Assembly (NCBI RefSeq): GCF_964204645.1
Contig: NC_134034.1
Location: 1,054,001 to 1,118,000 of the forward strand
Direction: 5' to 3'
Source: Tubulanus polymorphus
Lineage: Eukaryota; Animalia; Nemertea
Length of the DNA: 64,000 nucleotides
The first letter of the stretch is position 1. Each line of letters begins with the position of its first letter. The position numbers and the translations under genes were made by a program. The notes under the pieces were generated by a model. It ran no database searches. It saw only the letters and a program-made list of their open reading frames with translations, and had not been told where the DNA came from. This document shows positions 1 through 11,000 of this stretch, piece by piece.

Positions 1-84
1 AAATACAAATATGAAACGGAGTGAAGAAAAAAGTAGAAAGTGTGCACGGCGCGAAATGAGCCAACTAATACCGCCTGCTTAGAG

Positions 85-700
85 CAGACGGAACCTGGTC
101 ATAGTCTGCCACTCGCTGTTGACAGACGGAACCTGGTCATAGTCTGCCACTCGCTGGTGACAGACGGAACCTGGTCATAGTCTGCCACTCGCTGGTGACA
201 GACGGAACCTGGTCATAGTCTGCCACTCGCTGGTGACAGACGGAACCTGGTCATAGTCTGCCACTCGCTGGTGACAGACGGAACCTGGTCATAGTCTGCC
301 ACTCGCTGGTGACAGACGGAACCTGGTCATAGTCTGCCACTCGCTGGTGACAGACGGAACCTGGTCATAGTCTGCCACTCGCTGGTGACAGACGGAACCT
401 GGTCATAGTCTGCCACTCGCTGGTGATAGACGGAACCTGGTCATAGTCTGCCACTCGCTGGTGACAGACGGAACCTGGACATAGTCTGCCACTCGCTGGT
501 GACAGACGGAACCTGGACATAGTCTGCCACTCGCTGGTGACAGACGGAACCTGGTCATAGTCTGCCACTCGCTGGTGACAGACGGAACCTGGTCATAGTC
601 TGCCACTCGCTGGTGACAGACGGAACCTGGTCATAGTCTGCCACTCGCTGGTGACAGACGGAACCTGGTCATAGTCTGCCACTCGCTGGTGACAGACGAC
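85..700. repeat. 38-bp minisatellite (~16 copies), unit GACAGACGGAACCTGGTCATAGTCTGCCACTCGCTGGT
   Basis: Near-perfect tandem copies read directly; the ORFs 365-568 and 403-606 are translations of this repeat. Confidence 0.95.
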
Positions 701-1320
701 CATCTACTCACTTGCCCCTCCTGCTTCTCGAACAGCAGCAGATGATGAAGTGCGTCTGTGAAGAGCGGGAAATAATGAAATTTGAAAACACAACAAAAAT
801 CCGAGTGAGAAGAATCAATGGACGCCATGCTCTTTCGGTGAAATGCTTAACAATTTCAATATTCAACAGCCTTCAGTGAACAGATACACAACTATCAATG
901 GAACTTGCTTGGAACTGAACGCAATAATAGAACTTGCCATAAGAATTGGGCCAGTTTTTTTTGGCTGAAGATTTGTCTAGGGTAGAGATACATTTACATA
1001 TATGTATAAAACAAGAATCGTCTTCAAAACTTCTAAAATTAACTTAATTCCGTCTACAGACGGACGGACTAAAAGTGAACGCAATAGCCAGCTGGGACTA
1101 AAGTCCCAAGAGGGTAAAAAAGATACCACAGTGTTTTTTATGTTTTTCGGAGGTCCCCACCACCGATATCTATGTATATAAGTGTTGACTTAGGTGGAGT
1201 GGAGTGGATCCAGCTTGCAGGAGGTTGACGTCTGCTATGCTGTAGGGGGGTAGAGGTATTCGCGCACGTGTATGCTGTGGTCGTGTGGTGGGTGTTTTTA
1301 TTTTCGCGAGTATGAAATTT

Positions 1321-4300
1321 TTACATGGCTTTCATTTTCATCATTTTCATGCGCGGTTGTTTACGTTTCATCTCTCTCCTGTTCTCGCGATCCTCCCACT
1401 TCCTCTGTTTGTCCGGATCTTCTTCGTTCATCATTTTCTCTTTCTCCGAACGTTTCTTCTCTTCACGTCGAGCCTGTGCTGCCTCCTGGCGGGTAGAATG
1501 CGTAGCTTTCAGGTAGGATTCCTCGATCTTCTGTCGGTTCCTCTCGGCTCTCTGTTTAGCCTGTAAAATATCAAAAATTTCATAGGGGGATTTATGGAGG
1601 CAGACATCTTTTCTAGAAGTGTCTATAGATCAAATCACTAGTAGACAATTTGATGATGTCATAGAGGGATTCATGGAGGCAGACATCTTTTCTAGAAGTG
1701 CCTATAGATCAAATCACTAGTAGACAATTTGATGATGTCATAGGGGGATTCATGGAGGCAGACATCTTTTCTAGAAGTGTCTTTAGATCAAATCACTAGT
1801 AGACAATTTGATGATGTCATAGAGGGATTCATGGAGGCAGACATCTTTTCTAGAAGTGTCTATAGATCAAATCACTAGTAGACAATTTGATGATGTCATA
1901 GGGGGATTCATGGAGGCAGACATCTTTTCTAGAAGTGTCTTTAGATCAAATCACTAGTAGACAATTTGATGATGTCATAGGGGGATTCATTGAGGTAGAC
2001 ATCTTTTCTAGATGTGTCCAAACCACTAAAATTATTAGTAGGCAATTTGATGATGTCATAGGGGGATATGTGGAGATGGAAATCTTTTCTGGAATCTTTA
2101 GATCAAAGGACAAGTTTGTAATTTGATGATGTCATAGGGGGATTTATAACGGCAGACATGTTCACGTACCTCTTTCGTCAGCTTAATACGACGCACTTTA
2201 TCCATACAGTGAAACACTAATTTCAGGAACGGCTTCATCTCCTCCATGTCCTTCACGTTAGTGTTACCCTTCTTCGGAATGTTGAAACAGAACTGGAGCA
2301 CTTTCTCGACTTCGGGCATTTTCGTCGGAGCGCCGGAGTCGTCCGTCTGCTTCGGGCCGGAGAACTGATCGGAGATGTGAATGTATTCGACGATTCCTTC
2401 GAATTTATTCAAAACGGCGCAAACCTGAAAAATACAAAAACAAAGTCATAGTGAATCTCAGCAATCCAGGCCCGTGTCCAGATCCGTAATCCCAATCGTC
2501 TCATTATCGGCATTATCTCGGCGAGTTCGGCCACTGGTGAAATATCGGTCATATGCACCAAATTATCGAGCGCCAAAATCAGCACGTGGATCGACGAGAA
2601 CGCGTACCACGCCAAAAAATAAAATCAGACGCCTCTAAAAATTGCTTCAAATAATATCATCCAAAATTTGAGGCCTAATTTTTGTTTGAATAAAAGATTT
2701 CATTCAATAGATTCAAATTGAGCGGTTTCTTTTTGTCCGTGTTTTAGTAAGGACTCGATTGTATGTGGAAGGACGTATGTTTTTTAGGAAGGACTCTCAG
2801 AACTCAGGCCTCGTGGGAAGGATCCTGTTTTTGGAAGGACTCGGCGTTTTTGAAAGGAATATTAGGAAGGATTCTTGTAAGAAGAAAGGACTCAACATTT
2901 CAAGAAGGACTCAGTGTAATAGGCCGGACTCTCTTACCGTGGTGTCAAGTATAGCGGGAGTCACCTCCGGAATTTCAGCCATAATGTGATAACTCGAGGA
3001 CGACAATCCGTACTTCTCCGAATTCTTCTTGATATCCGGACAGAACAGACTCTGAAAATATAAACCAGCGAATTTTACAGGTTGCAGCCACTTTTATTTG
3101 ACTCGGGCGTAAGTTAAGTTGTTATTTCCCCCTGACTTAATCTCCTAGAAACAATAGACAGAAACCATTTCGTTTTACGCAAGATCCCGCAATCTCAACG
3201 AATTTTCCCAACTTTTAACCCTTTCAGTGCGTCTACACCGCAGTTCGGTGTACGAATCGGTGATGGATTTTGCTAGTACACCGCAATGCGGTGTATGGAT
3301 TTAATTAGTAATTACTTATTATCTCTCTTGAAAGATGGCAGCACCTGTCAAACATAGTGAAATATTAGTAACTAACGATACACCGCACCCCGGTGTAGAC
3401 GCACTATAGTGGTATTCCTGTTATTCGACACACTAGGGTGGAATTTTTCAGAATTTTCAAATTATCTTCAGCACTATAGAGTATTAATTAGCCAGCCCTG
3501 AAAGGGTTAAGCACTTTTATAAAATTCCCTGACTTCGTTAAAATACAAAAGAAAATTTCTTAAGACTTTTCCTTGATTTCCAGGTATGTGGCGTCAACTC
3601 TGTTTTCTGAATTCAATATTCTATTTCCCCGACTTTCCCCTTGATTTTAAGCCTTTTTATTAAACTTCCTAAGCTTTCCCTCATTTCCGATATGTAGCCA
3701 CTCTGATTTACAAGCTGGTGGAACTGTCAATCGACTGGTCCGTTTTAATCATCGTCGTCTAAAGATACTTTACTTACAAGATCGTTCATCTCTTTCTGAA
3801 GTTTGGCGGCCATCTTTTTCTGAGCGAGACACATGACGAACGTGTCCATATCGGTGGCGTCCATTGTTACCTTTATCATCTATAAACAACAATATACACA
3901 TTATATCGTTTTCTCGCGAAGGGAGAGACGGGAAGAAGGGAAGAAGTTGAAGAGGGGAGGGATAGGGGGAACAGAGTCAGGCAAGGGGACAGAGAGGAGG
4001 GAGAAGGGGACTGAGGATACTGAGGAAGGAGAGAGGAGGTATAGGAAAAAGAGATGTAGGGAAAGAAACAAAAAGAAGGGAGATTGATAGAGAGACAAGG
4101 AGAAGAGGAAGACAGGGAGAGGAGAGTGTGGGGAGTGAGATAAGAGGACAATGAGGAGACAAGGGGAGTGAGAGGATGAGAGAAATGAGGGGAAAGAGAG
4201 GGAGAGATACAAGGAGAGAGAGGAAAGAGTAAGTGGGAAAGAAGAGGAGAATAATGGGAGAAGGTTCTACAGGGAGAGAAGAAAGAATAGGGAGGGAGAA

Positions 4301-6911
4301 AGGTGGCGAGGCAAGGAGAGGAGAGTGAGAGGAAGAGAGAGAGACAATGAGAGAAAAATGAGAGACAGAGACAAGGAGAGGGAAGTGAGAGGGACAGAGA
4401 GATAAGGAGAGAGGAGTAAGAGAGAGAGAGAGAGCAGAGAGAGACAAGGAGAGGAGAGTGAGAGACAGAGACAAGGAGAGGGAAGTCTGAGACAAGGAGA
4501 GGAGAGAGAGAGACAGAGACAAGGAGAGGAGAGAGAGATAAGGAGAGAGGAGTAAGAGAGAGAGAGAGAGAGGATGAGAGACTGAAGTGAGAAGTCGATG
4601 ATAAACTTACAATTTGATCAGAAACAGGTTTCATCATACGAGCGATTGTATTAACGAGATCTTGTCGTTTGAGCAGACGCAACTCGACTAACATTCCCTC
4701 GCAGCAGACGCGACCGCTGCACCATAGAGTGTAAACATTCTCTGATTCTTTCATTAAAACGCCGGACGTCACCTCTTTAGCCTGTCCGTCATCACCTACA
4801 CGTGTAGAAACCACAGATAGAGAAACAAACGTTAACTAAACACTACCCGGAGCCAACCACTGGAGTATGGGCTGATTTGATGTTCACGGAGCCACCCATC
4901 AAGGGTTGATTTAGACTTGTCTTGTTTTATATATTTAAAGAGCCACCCACTTCAGGAAAGGATGTTTCCCAATGCCACCGATTGTATATGGTATTCTTGG
5001 AGCCACCCACAAGAGAAAGGGCCATTTCAAAATTAATTTGATGTTCTGGGAGCCACCCACTAAAGAAATGAATTTTTGCAAATGTCGCCAATTGTATACA
5101 TTATTCTTGGAGCCACCCACAAGAGAGAGAAATATCTGAAAATGTAGTGAGTTGGACATTCTCGGAGCCGAGAAAACACTCGTAGTTTCGCAAAAATTTA
5201 ACATACCCACGATATGGAAATTAGCCTCTAACAGCTCTTTATGCGCCGACATCCAGGCCTGCGCGAGTTTCTGGTTTTTAGCTTTACCGGCGAGAAAATT
5301 GAGGAAATAAACGGCTAAACCTCCGAGCATCATCATCTCCAGATAAAAACTGTCCCAGTTTGTGCGTAAATGCAGCGGCACCTGAAACACATATACAAGA
5401 TAACACCATTTTCAAATCTTCCTCGATATAAGGAGAAAATTTCATATTTCGAGGAAGCGTCTGCATCAATTTCATATATATCGCAATTACTGTAGTCGCT
5501 TCTGAATCGCTACAGTTTATCTCGTTAAACCGTTAATTCGGTGGTTTTGTAAGTAAACTCTTATCATTGACACTACCTAGAGTAGACTGAACGCACCTAG
5601 ACTCTATTTCTAATCCAGTAACTGCAATGGGGTGAAAACATGCCGGCCCTGAATCTACTGATTTAGGCGTATTTTACTGTACAAAACAAGACAAAAATTT
5701 CTAATTGCATATTTCGCAAAATTGAAGGAGTTTTAAAGGAGTTTGAAGAAGATTCAAGCATCTTTGAAATCATTTAATTTTATGAGTAGTCAATGAGTCG
5801 TAGGAACCCTATTTTCGCTGAATGACAAATAAACTCTTCCCCTCGTTTCGATACTAACCTTCGTTATTTTGAGGTCCGGTATTTTTTCCTGTCCCCCTTT
5901 CCCGATTTTACTGGTTTTACTTTCTTTATCGAAGCCTTCGAATTCTTCTTCGTCGTTGAAATGGTCAAATTCATCTTCTTCATTCTAAAGTGACGAAATA
6001 GTGTCATTTTTACCTCATAGATGGCGAATTGGTCAACTAGTGTTGCTTTCTAGCGAGTACCGGTAAGCATAATCAGATCTTAAGCCCAGGGGCCAGTTGC
6101 AAAGTCATGTCTTAGACTTGAGACCAGTCTAAGACCAACTTAGTTCCATAGCCTATATAACAACTTAAGACCAGTCTTAAGACCAGATTTTAGAGCAATT
6201 TTGGACATAAGTCACGACTGTGCAACTGGCCCTTGCAGCCCAGTCAAAGGAAAGACGACTTAAGATAAGACCAGGTTAAGGTCATTTTGGTCCAGTTCCA
6301 CAGTTGAGACTGAACAATTTCAGCCAATCCAACAATTTTACACGAGTCTAAGTTATTTCTGGACCCAGATCAGGCTAAAACTCAATATTTCTTCCGTTAA
6401 TTTAAAATTCGAATCAAACTTACTTCAACTGTTGCCTCGTCCTCGTCTGTTGTCGCAGAATCAACTGTTTTTCCGGCAGACGGTTTTATTTTCGGCTGCG
6501 TCTGCTGCTCGTCGTCGCCGGCGGCGGCAGACGGACTTTCGCTTCCCGATTTCTTTTCCGTTTTCTGAGCAGACGGCGCAGGTTTCTTAACGACTTCATC
6601 TGAAATTGATCAAAAATACTAAATTTTCCGTCCGCACAAAATCTCATAGTTTTGATTAGATTTGAGTCTGGTTATTTGAGCCCGGACCGCGGCCTCCCAA
6701 ATTTCCTTGATCCACTCCTCTGAGCTAGTTTTTGAAAGCCCCCTAAATTTGATATATTCAAATTCTGGATCTCTCTCTCCCTTTTACCTTCATCGAAATC
6801 TTCAAATTCAGCGAACTCATTGTCTTCGACTTCTGCCTCGTGCGCGCTGGTTACCATAGTTACCTTGACCAGCAAGGCCAACGCGATGACTACGAGATAA
6901 AGATGTTTCAT
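1321..6911 (-). CDS. CCDC47: PAT complex subunit CCDC47 (coiled-coil domain-containing protein 47), ~498 aa, 9 coding exons
   Basis: Exons (minus): 6911-6788, 6599-6424, 5984-5859, 5381-5207, 4795-4611, 3879-3778, 3051-2938, 2424-2170, 1560-1321. All GT-AG, phases consistent, 1497 nt in total. Signal peptide [14 protein letters not shown], acidic [27 protein letters not shown] plus a TM helix, [32 protein letters not shown], and a basic coiled-coil C-terminus ending KMMKMKAM* all match CCDC47. Confidence 0.95.
1580..2160. repeat. 79-bp intronic satellite (~7 copies), unit TTTGATGATGTCATAGGGGGATT(T/C)ATGGAGGCAGACATCTTTTCTAGAAGTGTCTATAGATCAAATCACTAGTAGACAA
   Basis: Fills almost all of the last CCDC47 intron; the same family recurs in many other introns in the window. 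Confidence 0.9.
3219..3506 (+). mobile_element. piggyBac-type MITE (~288 bp) with TTAA target-site duplication
   Basis: TTAA|CCCTTTCAG ... CTGAAAGGG|TTAA ends; a highly similar second copy lies at 56289-56575. Confidence 0.85.
3915..4590. repeat. GA-rich (polypurine/polypyrimidine) low-complexity tract in a CCDC47 intron
   Basis: Almost purely A/G on the + strand, with degenerate GAGACAAGGAGAG units. Confidence 0.9.
6089..6232. mobile_element. Small MITE with GGGCCAGTTGCA terminal inverted repeats (PIF/Harbinger-like)
   Basis: GGGCCAGTTGCAAAGTC ... GACTGTGCAACTGGCCC inverted ends, with internal AGACCAGTCT subrepeats. The superfamily is inferred. Confidence 0.6.
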
Positions 6912-6919
6912 TTTCTGCT

Positions 6920-8027
6920 ACTGAAATGAGAATCGTTATTATGAAAAAGTAGAAATTTGCAGAATGAAACAGCCACCAGGCAGCTATGTTAGATATCAAT
7001 CATCCAAAATGGCCACCAGGCAGCCATGTTATATTTCAATTATCCAAAATGGCCACCAGGCAGCCATGTCCGTCCGATGGACGTTTGCTTGCGGGTACTG
7101 TGCTAGTAGTAGTGACAATGCAAGTCACTGGGGCTCGTCACAATAGCCGGGGGTCCAAAATCAAAGATTGAACCCAGTATCCTACGTACCACCTATAGAA
7201 AAAGATTAGGTGGTACATGACATAGGATGCTGGGTCTGGGTGTGGGCAGGTGGGTCCAATCCATGACGAGCCCCTGTGACTGTGTGTGATACAAGTGCTT
7301 ACTAAAAGAGTAACCTCGTTCAAATTCAAATACAGACTAAAATATTCCCAGGGGTCATCGAAAACCTTATGGACTCGAAAAGGGACATTTAACTGCGTGT
7401 GTAGAAGGCAACAAAGCTTGATTTTCATTCATGAATTGAATTGATCGATTTCCACACAGGCGAGGAAGCCTCCCTTCTTTCTCCGTCTATCCCTCTGCCA
7501 GGGAGGTTTCGATCTAAATGCGGCGGGTCAAGTATTTTCGTAAATGAAAAGATTAGTTTTGGGTGCGTTCTAAATTACTGATCAGAGGTAAAAATAGCGT
7601 AAAACAAACCTGTAACTGCTACAGTCCACGTACCGGTACTGGTGAATGGGTTAATTTACTACACGATCGATAGACGGCGATACCGTCGATTGTTGGATAA
7701 ACTTCGGACACTGGACTCGAATCGGAGAGAGATTCGAGTCCGGCGGCCAGAAATTAGGGAACACTGGGGTTTTTCCCAATTAAAATCATGCCATATTATA
7801 TTGAAGATTTGGTTCACGTTTAAGAACTTTCGAGCGAATCTGACGATTCAAAAGTACTGAAAGATGAAAAATCAAAGGATAAATAAAGAATATTTTTATT
7901 CGTATCAAAAATCAGAGTCGTATTGTGCTGCCCTCTGTCAAGGACTCCTCACCCATAATGACGTCATATCTAAACAAAAATCAGTAATACTGTGTTTTGA
8001 CTTTTCGAACGTAAATATCAACGTAAA
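6920..8027. promoter_or_regulatory. Putative bidirectional promoter / 5' UTR region between CCDC47 and RETREG
   Basis: Divergent start codons ~1.1 kb apart. Palindromic CRE TGACGTCA at 7959-7966; YY1-like CAAAATGGCC twice near 7005 and 7045; minus-strand acceptor just upstream of the CCDC47 ATG. Confidence 0.55.
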
Positions 8028-11000
8028 ATGCACGATAACGGCGACGATTATTTCGATAAACTGGTGCTGGAGAGACGGGCGAGACTGACGAGGATTCTCA
8101 ACCCAATGGAATCGTTAATTACACGCGTGCAGAGCGTGCTGGTTTGGGAAAAACCCTGGATCAGTACAACTGCGTTAATTGCAGCGAATATTCTGTTTTG
8201 GTAAGTAGTAAGTGACTGTTCCCTTTACTTGTAAGTCCTCTTGCTCGTAAATATCGATTAAAGTTTTGGAATCACCCCCTGAATTGTGTCGTGTTGGTTA
8301 TTGATTTCTTGCACACAGAAATTAGGTCAAATCAATAATCTAATTTAATTCCTGCACTGAAGTGAAGTAGGCCTAGTTGTTAATTACTAACCAAGACAGT
8401 TAATTGACCTAGTTGATTAATTGGCTCAATTTTCTTATTCAATTAAAGTTTGAGTTTGGAATTTCTTTTTGTTTTCATTGCAGGCAGGCGCCTAGCAAAT
8501 TGTGCTGTAGTTTTAGGTCCCTTTTGACATGAAAAATGTTAAGTTTATTACCCCAAAGTACCTAATTGATTTTTGTTCCCTTACCCTCCGTGCTATGCAG
8601 AAATTGAGCTGAAATTTATTTGAGGGTAGGGTTATGAAAGTGCAATAAATAGGGCCCATGTTTGGTATATCAGATTTTTCAGGGGCATATTTTCCTGATG
8701 ATGCATTTTGTAATTTCAAAAATTGTGTCTCGTTTTTTTCCTAGGATAATTACGCATACAAGCTACAGATTTGTGTATATAATGTGTATGACAGCTTTAA
8801 TATTGATCATCTCGGAAACTTGGAAAAAACGAATCTGGCCAGAAATTAAAGGTATAGTAACCTTTTTGATAGTCTTTTCTTTCTCTTTGTCTTTTCTCTT
8901 GTTTTTTCATTAATTGGTGTTTGCTGTAGCGGCCTTCTGGCTTTTACTTGACCCTCATCAAAAAGCCTTCTCAATTTGATTCTGGGCTCGTAATTCTTTC
9001 AGAGCTGCCGACTGTTCCTGATTTTCTATAATATCGTGTTTCTATTTTCCCCCGAAAAATAATGATTCGATTTTTTTTTATGCATCTAGAAATATGAAAA
9101 ATGTTATCGGGGCCATAACTGATTAATTTGAACAATTTCTTTCTTCACTCTGAAAATCAGCCACCCCTTAAGAAATGAGGAGAGAATCCCACAATGATAA
9201 TTAAAAAAAAAAAATGTCTGCTCTGCCCCTATCAGAGTGGATGTCAATATTCTATCAACGCTGATAATTGCTTTGTGAAAATGGAAGATTAGATGGAAGA
9301 GACAGTAGATTTAAACCAAATTTAGCTTCATTATCTGTTTTTTTTTGGGGAGGGGGGGAATCGAAAGCCTCGGCACTTCAACAGCCATGATGTCATTAAC
9401 AATGAATGCAGCCCTATAAATATGCAGAACACTATGTCTTTATATTTTACTGTTTTCCTCATCATTTAGGAGAATTAGGAAAGTGTTAATTATTGGTTTC
9501 TTTTGTGGTTGCGACCATAGAATGACGTGGTGTAAGGAAATCATTGAATAGAGTTCACTGAATACAAGCTATTATTCTATATAATATTGAAACAGCTGTG
9601 ATCAGCTGTGAATCAGGAGTACTACTAAATAATAGTGACGTTTGAAATATGCGCAGTTCTTATTCAACTCCGCAGTGCAGAATTTCATTTCATTCATACC
9701 AGGGACCTGTTATTCAGTCACAGCCTTCAGTTAGCCAATCAGTCTGTCCTTCAGCTAAATGTTAATTCAACGTTTTGACTATATCCTAATAGTCATCTTC
9801 AGGAATACTGTATTCCTTGAGCTAGTGTAGTTTATTCAACGTTTCGACTATATCCTAATAGTCATCTTCAGGAATACTGTATTCCTTGAGCTAGTGTAGT
9901 TTATTCAACGTTTCGACTATATCCTAATAGTCATCTTCAGGAATACTGTATTCCTTGAGCTAGTGTAGTTTATTCAACGTTTCGACTATATCCTAATAGT
10001 CATCTTCAGGAATACTGTATTCCTTGAGCTAGTGTAGTTTATTCAACGTTTCGACTATATCCTAATAGTCATCTTCAGGAATACTGTATTCCTTGAGCTA
10101 GTGTAGTTTATTCAACGTTTCGACTATATCCTAATAGTCATCTTCAGGAATACTGTATTCCTTGAGCTAGTGTAGTTTATTCAACGTTTCGACTATATCC
10201 TAATAGTCATCTTCAGGAATACTGTATTCCTTGAGCTAGTGTAGTTTATTCAACGTTTCGACTATATCCTAATAGTCATCTTCAGGAATACTGTATTCCT
10301 TGAGCTAGTGTAGTTTATTCAACGTTTCGACTATATCCTAATAGACATCTTCAGGAATACTGTATTCCTTGAGCTAGTGTAGTTTATTCGACGTTTCGAC
10401 TATATCCTAATAGTCATCTTCAGGAATACTGTATTCCTTGAGCTAGTGTAGTTTATTCAACGTTTCGACTATATCCTAATAGTCATCTTCAGGAATACTG
10501 TATTCCTTGAGCTAGTGTAGTTTATTCAACGTTTCGACTATATCCTAATAGTCATCTTCAGGAATACTGTATTCCTTGAGCTAGTGTAGTTTATTCAACG
10601 TTTCGACTATATCCTAATAGACATCTTCAGGAATACTGTATTCCTTGAGCTAGTGTAGTTTATTCGACGTTTCAACTATATCCTGATAATCATCTTCAGG
10701 AATACTATGAAATATGATAGGTCAAAAATCCCCTACCCTGAATTCATTCAACTTTACAATAACATTAAGTACATACAACTCGAAGAGAAGCTGAACTCGA
10801 TATTTTCAATGTTTGTATTCTATTTTTTACTACGGGCGCGAACAAGCAACAGCAGCAGGATCTCAGAAATATCTCGCCCTCCGCTGCGCGAGAAGCATTC
10901 CTATATCATCTTATATCCCACGAGCTCAACAGTCTATTTTACACAGTTACTGCGCGCGAGTTATCTATTATCATTTTGCTCACATTATCGTACGCTCTGG

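Noticed and set aside
1580-2160. 79-bp repeat as a C/D snoRNA or hammerhead (TGATGA motif)
   Set aside because: No paired CTGA D box with terminal stem, no GAAA core after the hairpin, and the TGATGA strand is mostly antisense to the host genes.
3876-4610. 312-aa Leu/Ser-rich ORF and overlapping ORFs
   Set aside because: Only 4795-4611 is a CCDC47 exon; the rest is read-through into a CT-rich intron.
4848-5170. Regularly spaced GGAGCCACCCAC motifs (~55-nt period), superficially CRISPR-like
   Set aside because: Eukaryotic intron, 12-nt repeat, spacers related to each other, no cas genes. This is a decayed minisatellite; a related motif occurs at ~45640-45950.
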